64,000 nucleotides of DNA, from the NCBI GenBank assembly GCA_964234715.1, contig OZ174284.1; one strand, 5' to 3'. Within the stretch, counting starts at the first letter, position 1, and each line of letters begins with the position of its first letter. Below the pieces are notes generated by a model. It did no database searches. It was given only the letters and a program-made list of their open reading frames with translations, and had not been told where the DNA came from. This document shows, piece after piece, positions 13,575 through 24,500 of this stretch. The DNA is from Podarcis melisellensis. Its lineage: Eukaryota. Both the position numbers and the translations under genes were made by a program.

Positions 13575-14623
13575 TACAAAAGCAACAGTAGGAGCACTGA
13601 TCAGGAGGGGTTTTTAACCTTTCCTCTCTGTGCTATTTTTCCTGCTGAAAATCTTCCTCAAGCTGTAGTTTGTCTTGGGGTTCCTTCCCCCCCAAAAAAC
13701 AGCAGCAACTAACTTCTAAGAGTAATGCTCAATCCCCTCCCTGTGATCCTAATCCAGATTTTGGGGAGGTGTGGGGGTCCTGCAGGTATTTTTTTTTAAA
13801 AAAAAATAGCATAAACAAAGAGCAGTGGTTGGTCTATGCATGCTTTTTGAATCACAAGCTTAAATCTGCTTCTGGTTCACCACTAAGTCCATCCTTGTCC
13901 CCTCTTTTAGGGCATGGAAATACAACTCCAAAGTTAACAACAGTATGGCTCCATCGGCTGCCAGGAGGCAGATACATGAGTAAGAGGTGGAAGGGAGGAC
14001 ACAGAAGACGTAAGAGAAACCTAGATGTTGTCCATAGTGCTTATAAAGCCATAAAATGCTATAAAAACCCCAAATTGCATTAAAAACTGTGATGCCCTTC
14101 CTTAGGAGAACCTCCAAAGGCTCTCAGAGAATGCAGAATCTATAGAAAAGCTTCTATGCAACCCATTGAGGACCAAGGAGCCAGATCTCCTCTCAGGGCC
14201 TGCCAAAAGCATATGGCACCTGATGTGCAGATCAAGGGCCACCGCAGATGCTAGGAAAAGGGCTGAGGGCAGCTCTTCTTACTTTCTAGAAAATCCCCCC
14301 TCAAAAGATAGATTGCTTTGTAAAGAGGTGGGGGACCAACCTTTCTGAACCCACCCTTCTTCCTCACTACTGCAAATTCTTCTGTCAGTGTGCGAAAATG
14401 CGAACACTCTCTAGCTCCAGTGTGGGCACCCTTTGTACTAGAAGGCATATACTAGCAACAAAAGCTGGTTTACAAGAAGACCCTACCCTGGCTAGCGTAT
14501 CACAACTTTCATGGTCCTAACCTGGAACAGTGTTCAAAAAGGGAGGAGGGGGAGGAAGAAGAGGGGGGGTAGGAAGGGGCAAAAATCCTGTTCAATGAGC
14601 GACGAGGCTGCAATCCTCCACAG

Positions 14624-14844
14624 TTAGGAAGCCGCAATTGCTGTGCCGCCACTCAGCTTCACAATCATCTGCTGACAATCATTGCAGGAACGCTTGTCTC
14701 CAACTTTCTCCAGTGTGCGGGCTGCTTCCGCCAGCAGGACGGCTCGCTGGCCCGGGGACGACAGGAAGGAGAGGGGAAGGTGGCGGCAGGCTAAGAGAAT
14801 TGCTGTAGCTCTCTCTCTCTGCCCAGGAAGGGCGTCCAGTTCAC
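14624..14844 (-). CDS. SREBF2: SREBF2 exon 19 (coding part)
   Basis: (G)ELDALPGQRERATAILLACRHLPLSFLSSPGQRAVLLAEAARTLEKVGDKRSCNDCQQMIVKLSGGTAIAAS*. Confidence 0.97.
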
Positions 14845-15542
14845 CTAGGTATGGGAAAAAAGAGGCATCACAAGGAATGCCACGCTTGTGGGGGCAATAA
14901 GTGCACCATGGGAGTCAATTTGTTTAAGACTACACTGGGGTGAGCAAAAGATTGCTTCGCAATGGGTGCTACCCAACAGAGTGCAAGAAGCAGTCAACCA
15001 ACTCCCACAGAAACTCTAGGCAGTAATTTATTCTAGAGGCTCAGATGCCCCAAGCTGAGACCTGGCCGGCAGCCCAGACTTAGCAGCCTTGTCCTGGTAA
15101 GAGAGATGACACTTGCACAGGTGGGCGAGGCCCACCCTCTCCCTGACAGGCCTTTCTTTTGCTCAAATTAGCAGCCTCAGATGTCAGCTAGCAAACATCT
15201 TTGTGCCACCGCTTCTTAAAACATTTTAAACACTCTGGCTTGAATCCTACAATTTATGGACAAAAAGCAGCTCACCGAAGGGGGGGGGACGTTTCCCCTC
15301 TCCCTCCCAATTCTGGGCAATTCCTCATGACAGCAAAACCACGTTTGCCACCGTTTCAGGTTAATTAGGGTTCCAAAGGTGTCTAGAACTGCACACCAGG
15401 GGGCTAAACTAACTGTGGCATTTGTCGCATACGGTTTGGCATCGCTTGCAAGTATTTTATAGATAGATAGTGCACAGGGCGGGATGGTGGTGACCCAGTT
15501 CAGGGCAGAGATGGACAAGAAAGGGCACAAGAGCTTCCTGAC

Positions 15543-15654
15543 CTTGCTTGGTACTCTGGGGTGTCCGACGCCTGAGACTGTGCTCCAGCAGCTGATGAGT
15601 GCGTGTGGGACTGGCCCCTGCCATCAAACGCACGGTGGCCTCATGCAGGAACAC
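15543..15654 (-). CDS. SREBF2: SREBF2 exon 18
   Basis: [37 protein letters not shown]; 112 nt. Confidence 0.97.
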
Positions 15655-16283
15655 CTGGAAGGAGGGGAAAAGCAGAAGACAATGGGTAGCGTCTACATTT
15701 TAGCAACCTTCCATCACCTTGTGGTGCTGTAGATTTGGGCATGCGCCTTTATCAGATAAGCTTGCACCTTCTGGTGCTAATCCTCTCAGCCACTTTTCCT
15801 TCCCTAACTCCTTTCTGCTGAGCAAGAGTGTACAGGGAATGTGCCCTTTAAAAGAGGGGCATGCTACCCAACTATTTCTGACCAGCAGTGGTCCATACTC
15901 TACCACAGAACCATCTGTGCTGTTTGTGCCTACAAACCAGTGGAGAGCAGTGATTAAGCCTGCCAGGCTGGAAATCCCCAGTTCAAATCTCACAGCCACC
16001 ATAAAAGCTACCTGGCATTAGGCAACCCCGTATTCTCTCATCCTCACAGCTCACATGGTTGACATGTGGATAATAGGAATGGCAAACATCACTGTTTTAA
16101 GGATTATTGAGATAATTTACATAGAGTTTAGAACATTCAGGAAGTGTCACATTAGTTTAAATCCAGGGGAAACCGCAACACACACCCACACTCAATGAAT
16201 GCTACTTAAGGGCAAAGTCTACAACAGTAAGGACATATCCAGCAGGAAGCCACCACTGCAAACACACTGCTGGAAATTCAAAG

Positions 16284-16341
16284 CAAAACCAGTCCTGGCC
16301 TAGTTCGTGGACCAAAACCAGTCCTGGCCTAGTTCGTGGAC
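16284..16341. repeat. Perfect 29-bp tandem duplication in SREBF2 intron 17
   Basis: caaaaccagtcctggcctagttcgtggac x2. Confidence 0.95.
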
Positions 16342-16421
16342 CATTTGCCCCTTTGGCTTAGAACAGCATGCAGGAACTCAAGGGACAGGTCATCATCTCA
16401 TTACAAGTGGCAGGATCTTAC

Positions 16422-16607
16422 CTTTCGATAAGCAGGTCTGAAACTATGGGCCAGTTTTCTCAGGCTGCCGAGGTCGCGCTGGAATCCTGTCAGCTCAGAA
16501 GCAGAAGCATGGTAGGCCTCTCCCAAGGCCTGGCTGGAGTTCATCTGTTTCTGCCACAGAGTGGTGCGGAGGGACAGCAGTAGGTCGCAAGCTAGCAGCT
16601 GGATCAT
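16422..16607 (-). CDS. SREBF2: SREBF2 exon 17
   Basis: [21 protein letters not shown]...[22 protein letters not shown]; 186 nt. Confidence 0.97.
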
Positions 16608-17221
16608 CTGCAAGGAGACAGACCCATTCAGTGACAGGAGTATCAAGACATTCCAGCATCATCAGCTGGATGCAGCAGCCTTCAGAGGGACAAAAGCTTC
16701 TCACACATATCTAAAAATACTAGCAGAATGATACATAGTGTTTTTATCTTAAAGATGAGATGGTATCAACTGACAGCTCTCTGGCCAAATTCCCTTTCTT
16801 CTCAAAAAGTGATCCAGCATGAGCATTCTGAATTTTTTGTTGTCCAAATATTATCATCAAAGGACATGACCACAAGATAACATGGAGGAAGCAACCAGGT
16901 TATCCAAAGGTAGCCAATGTGGTACCCTTCAGATGTTGTTAGACCACAATTCCCATCATACTTGACCAAGAGCAATACTGCTGAGGCTGATGGGAGCAGT
17001 GGTCCAATAACATGTGGAAGGTAAAGGGCTGGCTACCCCTGAAGTATCCTGTGCCCCTTTGTAGGCTAAAATCAGCACCTATAACTGTGTTCTGAAAACA
17101 TGTCAACACAAAATCAGGGTGCAGTGGGCTCCCAGCAACAATCATTGTTCCCACAGCATCCATCACAGTGAATATTCAAAGAATTACCTAACGAAAATTG
17201 GTTAACGGTACAAATGCTTTT

Positions 17222-17585
17222 GGGACGCGGGTGGCGCTGTGGGTAAAAGCCTCAGCGCCTAGGGCTTGCCGATCGAAAGGTCGGCGGTTCGAATCCCCGC
17301 GGCGGGGTGCGCTCCCGTTGCTTGGTCCCAGCGCCTGCCAACCTAGCAGTTCGAAAGCACCCCCGGGTGCAAGTAGATAAATAGGGACCGCTTACTAGCG
17401 GGAAGGTAAACGGCGTTTCCGTGTGCAGCTCTGGCTCGCCAGAGTAGCGATGTCACGCTGGCCACGTGACCCGGAAGTGTCTCTGGACAGCGCTGGCCCC
17501 TGGCCTCTTAAGTGAGATGGGCGCACAACCCCAGAGTCTGTCAAGACTGGCCCGTACGGGCAGGGGTACCTTTACCTTTACCTTT
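17222..17585 (+). mobile_element. Sauria SINE, full length, young
   Basis: tRNA-like head GGGACGCGGGTGGCGCTGTGG...GGTTCGAATCCC, (ACCTTT)n tail, 12-bp TSD tacaaatgcttt (17209-17220 and 17586-17597). Confidence 0.93.
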
Positions 17586-18366
17586 TACAAATGCTTTATT
17601 TGTTTTTTGTTTTCTGTGTGTTTTCTGTGAATTCTACCTACCACCAAAAGATGAAAGATTAAGCCAAATGAAGAAATACTGAGACCACCACACTGTTTTA
17701 ATGTGGAACTGAAGACCCACTGACAGCAGACTGTCCAAAAGATGGGCAGTGGGGGTGTACATTCATTTTTATTTTAGCCACCATGACTGATATGATCTCT
17801 GGCCTTAGGACCTTTCGGAGAGTGGTGACAGATGAATGAGCCTAAGGCTCAAATGACTTCTGGGAGACGATTAGTACCTTATTCAGCTATCTCCCACAGC
17901 CCTGCCACCATCTATGGACTCAGAGAACGTGTCCCCTGCAATATTCCCATCTCTCTAACCTTGCAGGAGTCACAAGATAGAAAAATCATGACTTTGCCTT
18001 GACTGGACTTTACCTGCTTAACCTGACCTTGCACACTAACAATTTGCCTGCCACGACCAGATGCTACCTGCTTTTCCTGCAAATCTCAACGCTCCTGTGG
18101 AACAGGACGAACAGTGGGATTCTAAGAAAGTGTCCTTGAAAATGTGTCCCAAAGGTTCCAACAATTAGCCAGAAGTAAAATGAAGCAGTATGATCTTGAG
18201 AAGGTACCCTTGGGATAAAAAAACTGCAAAACAAATCAACATCTTCTACAGAATAGTATTTTGGTACGCCCTCCGGTGGCAAAAAAAGTATATTTAATAT
18301 CAGTTCGAACTGCATTTTGAAGGACTCATTTTGGTTCATTCAAAAATGCCTAAGGAAAATAGAAGT

Positions 18367-18793
18367 GTTGTTTTTACCGGGTTTTCAAAACAAGCTTTAT
18401 TGCAGAGACTTTGGGAGGAGGCCAGGGAGCTCCTAGTCCTTCTGGGCTGCTGCTTTCCTCATTGTTTCCAGGGTACTGTTCAGTTCCTCCTGCTTCTTCT
18501 TGGCTTGGATGAAGTCCCCACCCTTTTCTTGTTGAACTGCACAGCTCATTTGTCTTTGGAGATCTTGAACAGCACCATCACACATATCTTTTTGGAGACG
18601 AGGCAGCAGGCCTCCTGCATCGTGTCTTACACAAACTTGGTGTGCTTGGTCAGGTGTCCATGGCATTGGCATGACTTTGCCCCATTCTTAGTCACCTTGT
18701 GGCCCTTGTTCAGGCGAAGGGCCACTGGGCAGCAGATTGCCATGGCTGCCACAGCTGCTGCTTCATCTAGGCCATGCCCAAAAAGGAAATCAA
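18367..18793 (-). pseudogene. RPL36: RPL36 processed pseudogene (retrocopy)
   Basis: From ATG at 18743: [23 protein letters not shown]...[16 protein letters not shown]...KISKDK*AVQFNKKRVGT / frameshift / IQAKKKQEELNSTLETMRKAAAQKD* (ends 18433). No introns. AATAAA at 18401..18396. Flanked by 17-bp direct repeats matching at 15/17 positions (18350-18366 and 18794-18810). Confidence 0.93.
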
Positions 18794-19088
18794 CTAAGCA
18801 AAATAGAGGTCACGATGGGCACTTTATTTGCCTTTTCACTGCCTTCACATATACCTTTTCTCGGCCTTTTCAACCCATGTGCTCCACTTTCATCTCTCAT
18901 GCTTTCTTTCTGCTTGCAGTACAATGCAGTCTGGATTGTACAGATGGCCTCTTGGCCCCTTCCAATTCAGATGTAAAGTTCCTAGGAAGTTTCTACCACA
19001 TCACTTAAATCACTGAATCGGAAAGAAGAGCATTCAATCCAGGCAAGCTGAGGAGATTCTCACCTGCAGAGGAGAAATGGGTGCACCT

Positions 19089-19157
19089 CTGTGCTGCACT
19101 GCGGAAACATTGCACGAGTACTGCCAGAACATGCAATGCAACTACAATGCACTACAG
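19089..19157 (-). ncRNA. MIR33: pre-miR-33 (miR-33a type) hairpin in SREBF2 intron 16
   Basis: Mature 5p GUGCAUUGUAGUUGCAUUGCA at 19152..19132. The 3p arm CAAUGUUUCCGCAGUGCAGCAC at 19112..19091 pairs with it. Same strand as the host and in the known host intron. Confidence 0.98.
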
Positions 19158-19705
19158 CTGCCACCCAGCAGTGATGAGCAGCTCTGATTCTTGTAGTGCC
19201 AAAACTTGGAAAGCCCCAGCTTCTCATAGAAACAAGGAAATGAAGGTGAAGCTGACGCCCTGATACAAGGACTTCACACTGTTCTTGCCCACAGGAGACT
19301 AGACATGTAGTGCCTTCTGTGGCAACAATTCACCCAGGAGGCATAATTAAAAGCAACAAGGACAGGACCAAACAAGAGCTCAGCCTGCTAATTCTGGCAG
19401 TGCACTGGAAGCCAACACACTGGAAACAAATGCACTCCTCAAGCACTACTGTGGGAAAGGGAACACTGCAGCTCTAGTCAACACACACAAAAGGGCAAGA
19501 GGAGAGGGAACGTTCTCTGTCTCTCCAATCATGAAGAAAAAAATGTTAGCTGCTGCTTCTTCAGCTCCAGGATATTTGACCTCAGAGCCACATGGAATGA
19601 TGACTAAACATTTGCCCACAAGCCTTGGCTCAGGAAAGGATGGAGAAGGCGGTTGTAAATGTGCAGCCAGTTGTAAATGATTGTGATGAGGATGACGATA
19701 CTTAC

Positions 19706-19874
19706 GTTATTGAGACCCGTGCTTGAGACCCCACTGCTCATGTTGAGGCTATTCCAAAGGTGAGTGCTGGCTCTTTCACAGTGGCCAAAGGAGCTCTGCT
19801 GCCCATCTGCCTTGCTTGACAAGGAGGCGTTCATGGCTTTGCACACATGAAAGACAGCTTTCACAAGGGCATTC
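19706..19874 (-). CDS. SREBF2: SREBF2 exon 16
   Basis: (E)NALVKAVFHVCKAM...HCERASTHLWNSLNMSSGVSSTGLNN; 169 nt; GTAAGT donor. Confidence 0.96.
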
Positions 19875-20000
19875 CTAGAAAGGAGGGAGGAGAGAAGAGA
19901 AAGATCCCAAGCCAGGAACAAGGTCAGTGCCTTTAAGGTATTGTGGTCATGGACCAACCACCTCCATAAGCTCCATAAGCCTCTCACTTACTAAGTTGCC

Positions 20001-20640
20001 ATAATAAATAATAATAATGTTATTAAATTTCTATGCCACTCATCATAACATAATATCAAACAAAAACAACCTCCCCAACAGACACAGTTTAAAAGGCCAT
20101 AGATTGCTTAGATTAGCCAAGGGGCCTAGGAGAAGAGGAATGATTTTGTCTGGCACCTAAAGGTGTATAATGAAGGTGCCAGGTGAGCCTCTCTGGGGAG
20201 AGCATTCCACAAACAGGGAGCCAACACAGAAAAGGCTCATCCTCATGTTGCCCCTTCTCTGGACTTCTTGAGGCGGCACATGAAGAAAGGCCTCACCAGC
20301 AGAATGGGAATCCTCAACACCACCTCTAAGACCAGATCTGTCAGCTCAGGCAGAAAGACTGCTGGGCAGTGAGGTGGGCAGTAAACCAGCAGAATCTCTA
20401 ATCTGTTCTGATTCCCAATGCCAGGAACACACACTCCAGATCCTCCACCCAACTGGACAGAGAGCCTGAAGGGAGAGAGAGAAAGAATCTCTCTATAGAC
20501 CAGAGCAACTCCCCCTCTCCGACCCTCAAGTCTGGCCTGATGCTGCACTGAGTACCCAGATGGCCACAGACCAATTCCACCCTGCATCTAACACTTAGAA
20601 GAGTCTTTGCATCCACCACCCCAGTGCCTGGTAGCTGGTA
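20001..20640 (-). mobile_element. Degraded L2-clade LINE (endonuclease remnant next to 3' end remnant)
   Basis: YSVQHQARLEG.GGGVALVYRE / LECVFL / ILLVYCPPHCPAVFLPELTDL (APE-like) at 20300-20640; (TTA)-rich tail near 20001. Confidence 0.6.
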
Positions 20641-20738
20641 TTTTCAGTTAATACAATCTCAAAATACTGCAGCTTAGTTTGGAAACTATTTAAAGTGGCA
20701 AAAGGCAATTGTGAGAGTAATGCAAAAAGGCCACACAC

Positions 20739-20871
20739 TCCGTCATCTCCAAACATTTAGGAATTCGCTCCACGTTGGTAAACTGGGATCTCACGGCTGC
20801 ATCATCACCCCTGAGCCAGCTGATTGTCATTGTGATTGCAGACGACCACCACCTGCACACCACATCAGGGC
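20739..20871 (-). CDS. SREBF2: SREBF2 exon 15
   Basis: (G)PDVVCRWWSSAITMTISWLRGDDAAVRSQFTNVERIPKCLEMT; 133 nt; donor GA|GTGTGT. Confidence 0.94.
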
Positions 20872-22199
20872 CTAGGTATGCAGAGACAAAATAACAATAA
20901 ATATGAGACACTCTCACCAATGCAAATCCAAACAGGTTTTGTTTTAATGGCTTCAGGAGACGGGAATCTTTTCCCGACCCACTGTTTCCTTACATCAAGA
21001 TCCTTCCCCCTGTAAACCTACGAAAGTGCATTCAAACACACTGAAATCCTTGCTCCTGGGGAGGGGAGCCAGCCATGGGAGGAAGGCAATTTGGAGTAAG
21101 AAAATGGTAGGCAGGGAAAAGTCACACCCATACCCCCCACACACTTCTCTGTTCTAAATTTCCATCTTGGATCTGCTTTTCATTTTGAAGAATGGAATTG
21201 GGTCCCAGTTACACATATTTATGTGTAATGAAAATGAACTTACCAGGAACTAGAATAGTGTGAGGTTGCTTGCGGGTAGGAGGAGCCTTACAAGAAGGAC
21301 AATGCTGAAAAGGTCAGTTTCCAGCAAGACCTGTTCAGATCTCATTTGAAATGCCCAGGGCCTGATTTGGGAAAGCGGGCAGGGACAAGGGGTTACCAGC
21401 ATGATACCATCACAGTAATGCTTCTGGGTGAGCCCTTCCTTGAAGTAAACCTGCCCAGGGTCCCAAAAGACTTCCAGATTGTGATGTTGAACTCGCACAA
21501 GAGCAGGTCACCAGGATAAATTGTGGGAAAGAGAGCCAAAATGGACATTTGGGGCAGGCAAGGTGTGCTAGGCTTGGGACAAGAAAACTGATTCAACTCC
21601 CTTTGTTGCTGAAGTCAGGGCACATTAGTGAATGCCATCCTGCAGAGTAGGGTACCATCCACCTGCTGCTGCTGCTGCTGCCACTGACACACAGGCTGGT
21701 ACAAAGCCAAGCATCTTGCCAGACACTCCCCCCTTCACCTTACTGCTTCAGCAGAAGAGAACAACAACAGCAACCAGAGACAGGCAGCTCGGTACCACCC
21801 TGCCAACATATGCATCTCATTTAAAAATGCTTCTGCCTTGGGAATGGAGTCACTAACCAGAATTTTCAAGACTCTTGGCTGAGTTACCAGCTCTCAGTGT
21901 GTTCCCCCAAACCATTAAGTGGTCAAAAGAATTTACTTTCAGATCTCAGCTGAGAAGGCTGTAAGTACTGCAGAAAAAAATTAGATCTACATAATTACTG
22001 AACTCTCCTCTAGAGGTCTCCACTCAGCTGCTGATCAAATCTCACCATGATCAATGTAGAATACTATCACTGACATGTGACTGGACACTTGCTTGTCTTA
22101 AAAAGCAGAAACTGCACTACATCTAAAAGAGATTTATCATGGGATATCAGGAAAATTCTACCTGCTCAATGTTATATTTCTTTGAATCAGCAGTGTCTT

Positions 22200-22280
22200 C
22201 CTCATATATGAGGAATGGTTGAGGGAACTGGCTATGTTTAGACTAAGATGAGATAGGATAGCCATATTTAAATATTTAAA
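22200..22280 (+). mobile_element. Short degraded CR1 fragment
   Basis: tatgaggaatggttgagggaactggctatgtttag resembles 34961-34995. Confidence 0.6.
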
Positions 22281-22659
22281 GAGCTGTCATATGGAAGATT
22301 GAAGATATGGTCATTCCATATCAAGGGGTCCAATTTTTTACCTCATGCCATCCAATTTTCTTAATATTTTGTACACTTGTTGAATTATCAAAACTAAGTT
22401 TAAATCTAAAGTTTATCTCACCCCAGGTTTTTTTAGTTATGAGAGTTTGAAATTTCAAAAAAATGACAATTTTGGCCTTTATGGATTTAAGAAAAATATC
22501 ATTGACTTAAGATACACTTTTGATCAACTGGGCAACATTAATTAATGTTGCAGCTGAATCAAGTTTAGAACACTAACTCAGCAGCAAATGCTTGCAGATC
22601 TCCAGCATGAAACTGAGAAATATGGGACACTGAGCAACCTGGGCATCCTTCACACTTAC

Positions 22660-22769
22660 CCAGTGCAGACCTCAACACAGAATTTCCAGTGAAAGGTGGT
22701 GTTCCAATTCCCAAAGAGTCCACAAAAGAATTGAGTAACTTCAGGTATTCCAAAGCATTAGAGAATTCA
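22660..22769 (-). CDS. SREBF2: SREBF2 exon 14
   Basis: (C)EFSNALEYLKLLNSFVDSLGIGTPPFTGNSVLRSAL; 110 nt. Confidence 0.96.
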
Positions 22770-22865
22770 CTACAAGCACAAGCAGAAATCAGACTTTTAC
22801 CAGTAAAGACAATGCAACACATTTCTACAGTGCATCAGTTTAACATGTGCAACTTAGTATACTTT

Positions 22866-23195
22866 GTAAGGTAAGGTAAAGGACTTCTGGACAGGTATGT
22901 CCAGTCAAAGGTGACTATGGGGTTGCAGTGCCCATCTAGCTTGCAGGCCAAAGGAGCCGGCGTTTGTCTACACACAGCTTTCCAGGTCATGTTGCCAGCG
23001 TGACTAAACCGGTTCTGGTGCAACAGAACACTGTGACAGAAACCAGAGCGCACAAAAACACCATTTACCTTCTACGTTTATCAACTTACACTGGCGTGCT
23101 TTCAAACTGCTAGGTTGGCAGGAGCTGGGACAGAGCAACAGAAGCTCACCCCGTCGCGGGGATTCAAACCCCCAACCTTCTGATCGGCAAAGCTC
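22866..23195 (-). mobile_element. Sauria SINE, 5'-truncated or diverged
   Basis: aaggtaaggtaaagg tail; body is the reverse complement of the 17222 and 54621 copies. Confidence 0.85.
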
Positions 23196-23698
23196 AACAG
23201 ACTCAGCTATTCTTAGCAAGAGTGCCTGGTTACCAGCTCTCTCCTTGCTCTGCAAATTGCTATTATTCAAGTTCTGTTGGGGAACTTTCTTTTATCATGG
23301 AACTCTCAACAATCCACCAGCATACTAAGCACTTCTCTGTGCTTCCGTCTCCAAAACAGAAATAATTTACTGATGAACCTTGTTGAGCTTGAGTGTTGCT
23401 TTTAAAACTGCATGCTCCACTAATCCATTATCTGCAATTCAGTCACAAATTGCTAGGAGAAACTGCCCTTTGCCACATAGGCAATAGGTATGGCAGATGA
23501 ATTTGATTCAAGTGTCTGCATTATGTCAGGAATATTCTGTTGGCCCTGCCACATTGCTCCTAACCAAATAGATGAAATCTGTGCTGCTACCCTTCATCCC
23601 ACCTGTTCAGATACAGGAACGGACAGAGCAGGCAGTCAGAATCGGCTACTCGACCTGAGAAAAAATGCCAATAGGGTAGGGACAGAACTGCAGCTTAC

Positions 23699-23819
23699 CA
23701 GGGCTCTTCATCATCATGTCCTGCAGCCCCCTTTGGAACCTGAGGTTTCACAAGGGATTCAACCGCTCTCTCCAGGAGGTTCTCACAGAATGCCTGGTGC
23801 ACCTGTGCAATGGGATCAG
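23699..23819 (-). CDS. SREBF2: SREBF2 exon 13
   Basis: (A)DPIAQVHQAFCENLLERAVESLVKPQVPKGAAGHDDEEP; 121 nt; GTAAGC donor. Confidence 0.95.
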
Positions 23820-24331
23820 CTGTAGATGAAAAAACAATCAGCTTGATTTCCTTTTCTCAATAAGTTACAAAAGATTCAGGGCTGCTTCCCTAGTAATACA
23901 CAGGTATCCCTCAAAAATAATCAGGTGCAAACCCTTGCCATGTTATGCAAGATTTGAAATATTGTACTAGGACCTGGGATCAAAACCCCACTTGGGCATG
24001 AAGCTCACTGGGCGACCTTAGGCCAGTCACCAACTCTCAGCTTAACAAACCTCACAGGGTTGCTGTGAGAATACCACATTGAGCTGACTGGCATATAAAT
24101 GAAATAATAAATAAAAATCTGTTTGGGCAGAGAAAGTCTTTGCAGAAAGAACTCCACCATTTGGGAAACTGTCCATTTGATTGCTCAGTCAATGTTCCAC
24201 AATTTCTTACAGCACCAAAATCTTTCAAGCAAGAATTGGCTAGAGAGTGTGAGCATACACATGCATAATGCTGTCCCATAACTTGGATGGCAGACTTAGG
24301 GCAATGCATTCACAAGCCTGCTGGGTCTCAC

Positions 24332-24500
24332 CTGGGTTCCTCTGAGTGCAATATAGACTCTCCTTGGCAGCTGTTTTCACTGTCCAGTTCCGCTCCACAA
24401 AAAACTTTTGCCCCAATGGGTGACACAACCAACGCAAAGAGTCGGGGATGGCGCTGTGCTCAGAACTACACAAGCTCTGGGCTTGACTTAAGAAATAACT
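24332..24500 (-). CDS. SREBF2: SREBF2 exon 12
   Basis: SYFLSQAQSLCSSEHSAIPDSLRWLCHPLGQKFF...YCTQRNP; 169 nt. Confidence 0.96.

Noticed and set aside
17222-17300. tRNA-like A/B boxes (GGTTCGAATCCC)
   Set aside because: SINE heads, not tRNA genes; each continues into the Sauria SINE body.
18331-19008. 225-aa plus-strand ORF
   Set aside because: Largely the antisense shadow of the RPL36 retrocopy; non-ATG start and no homology I can recognise.
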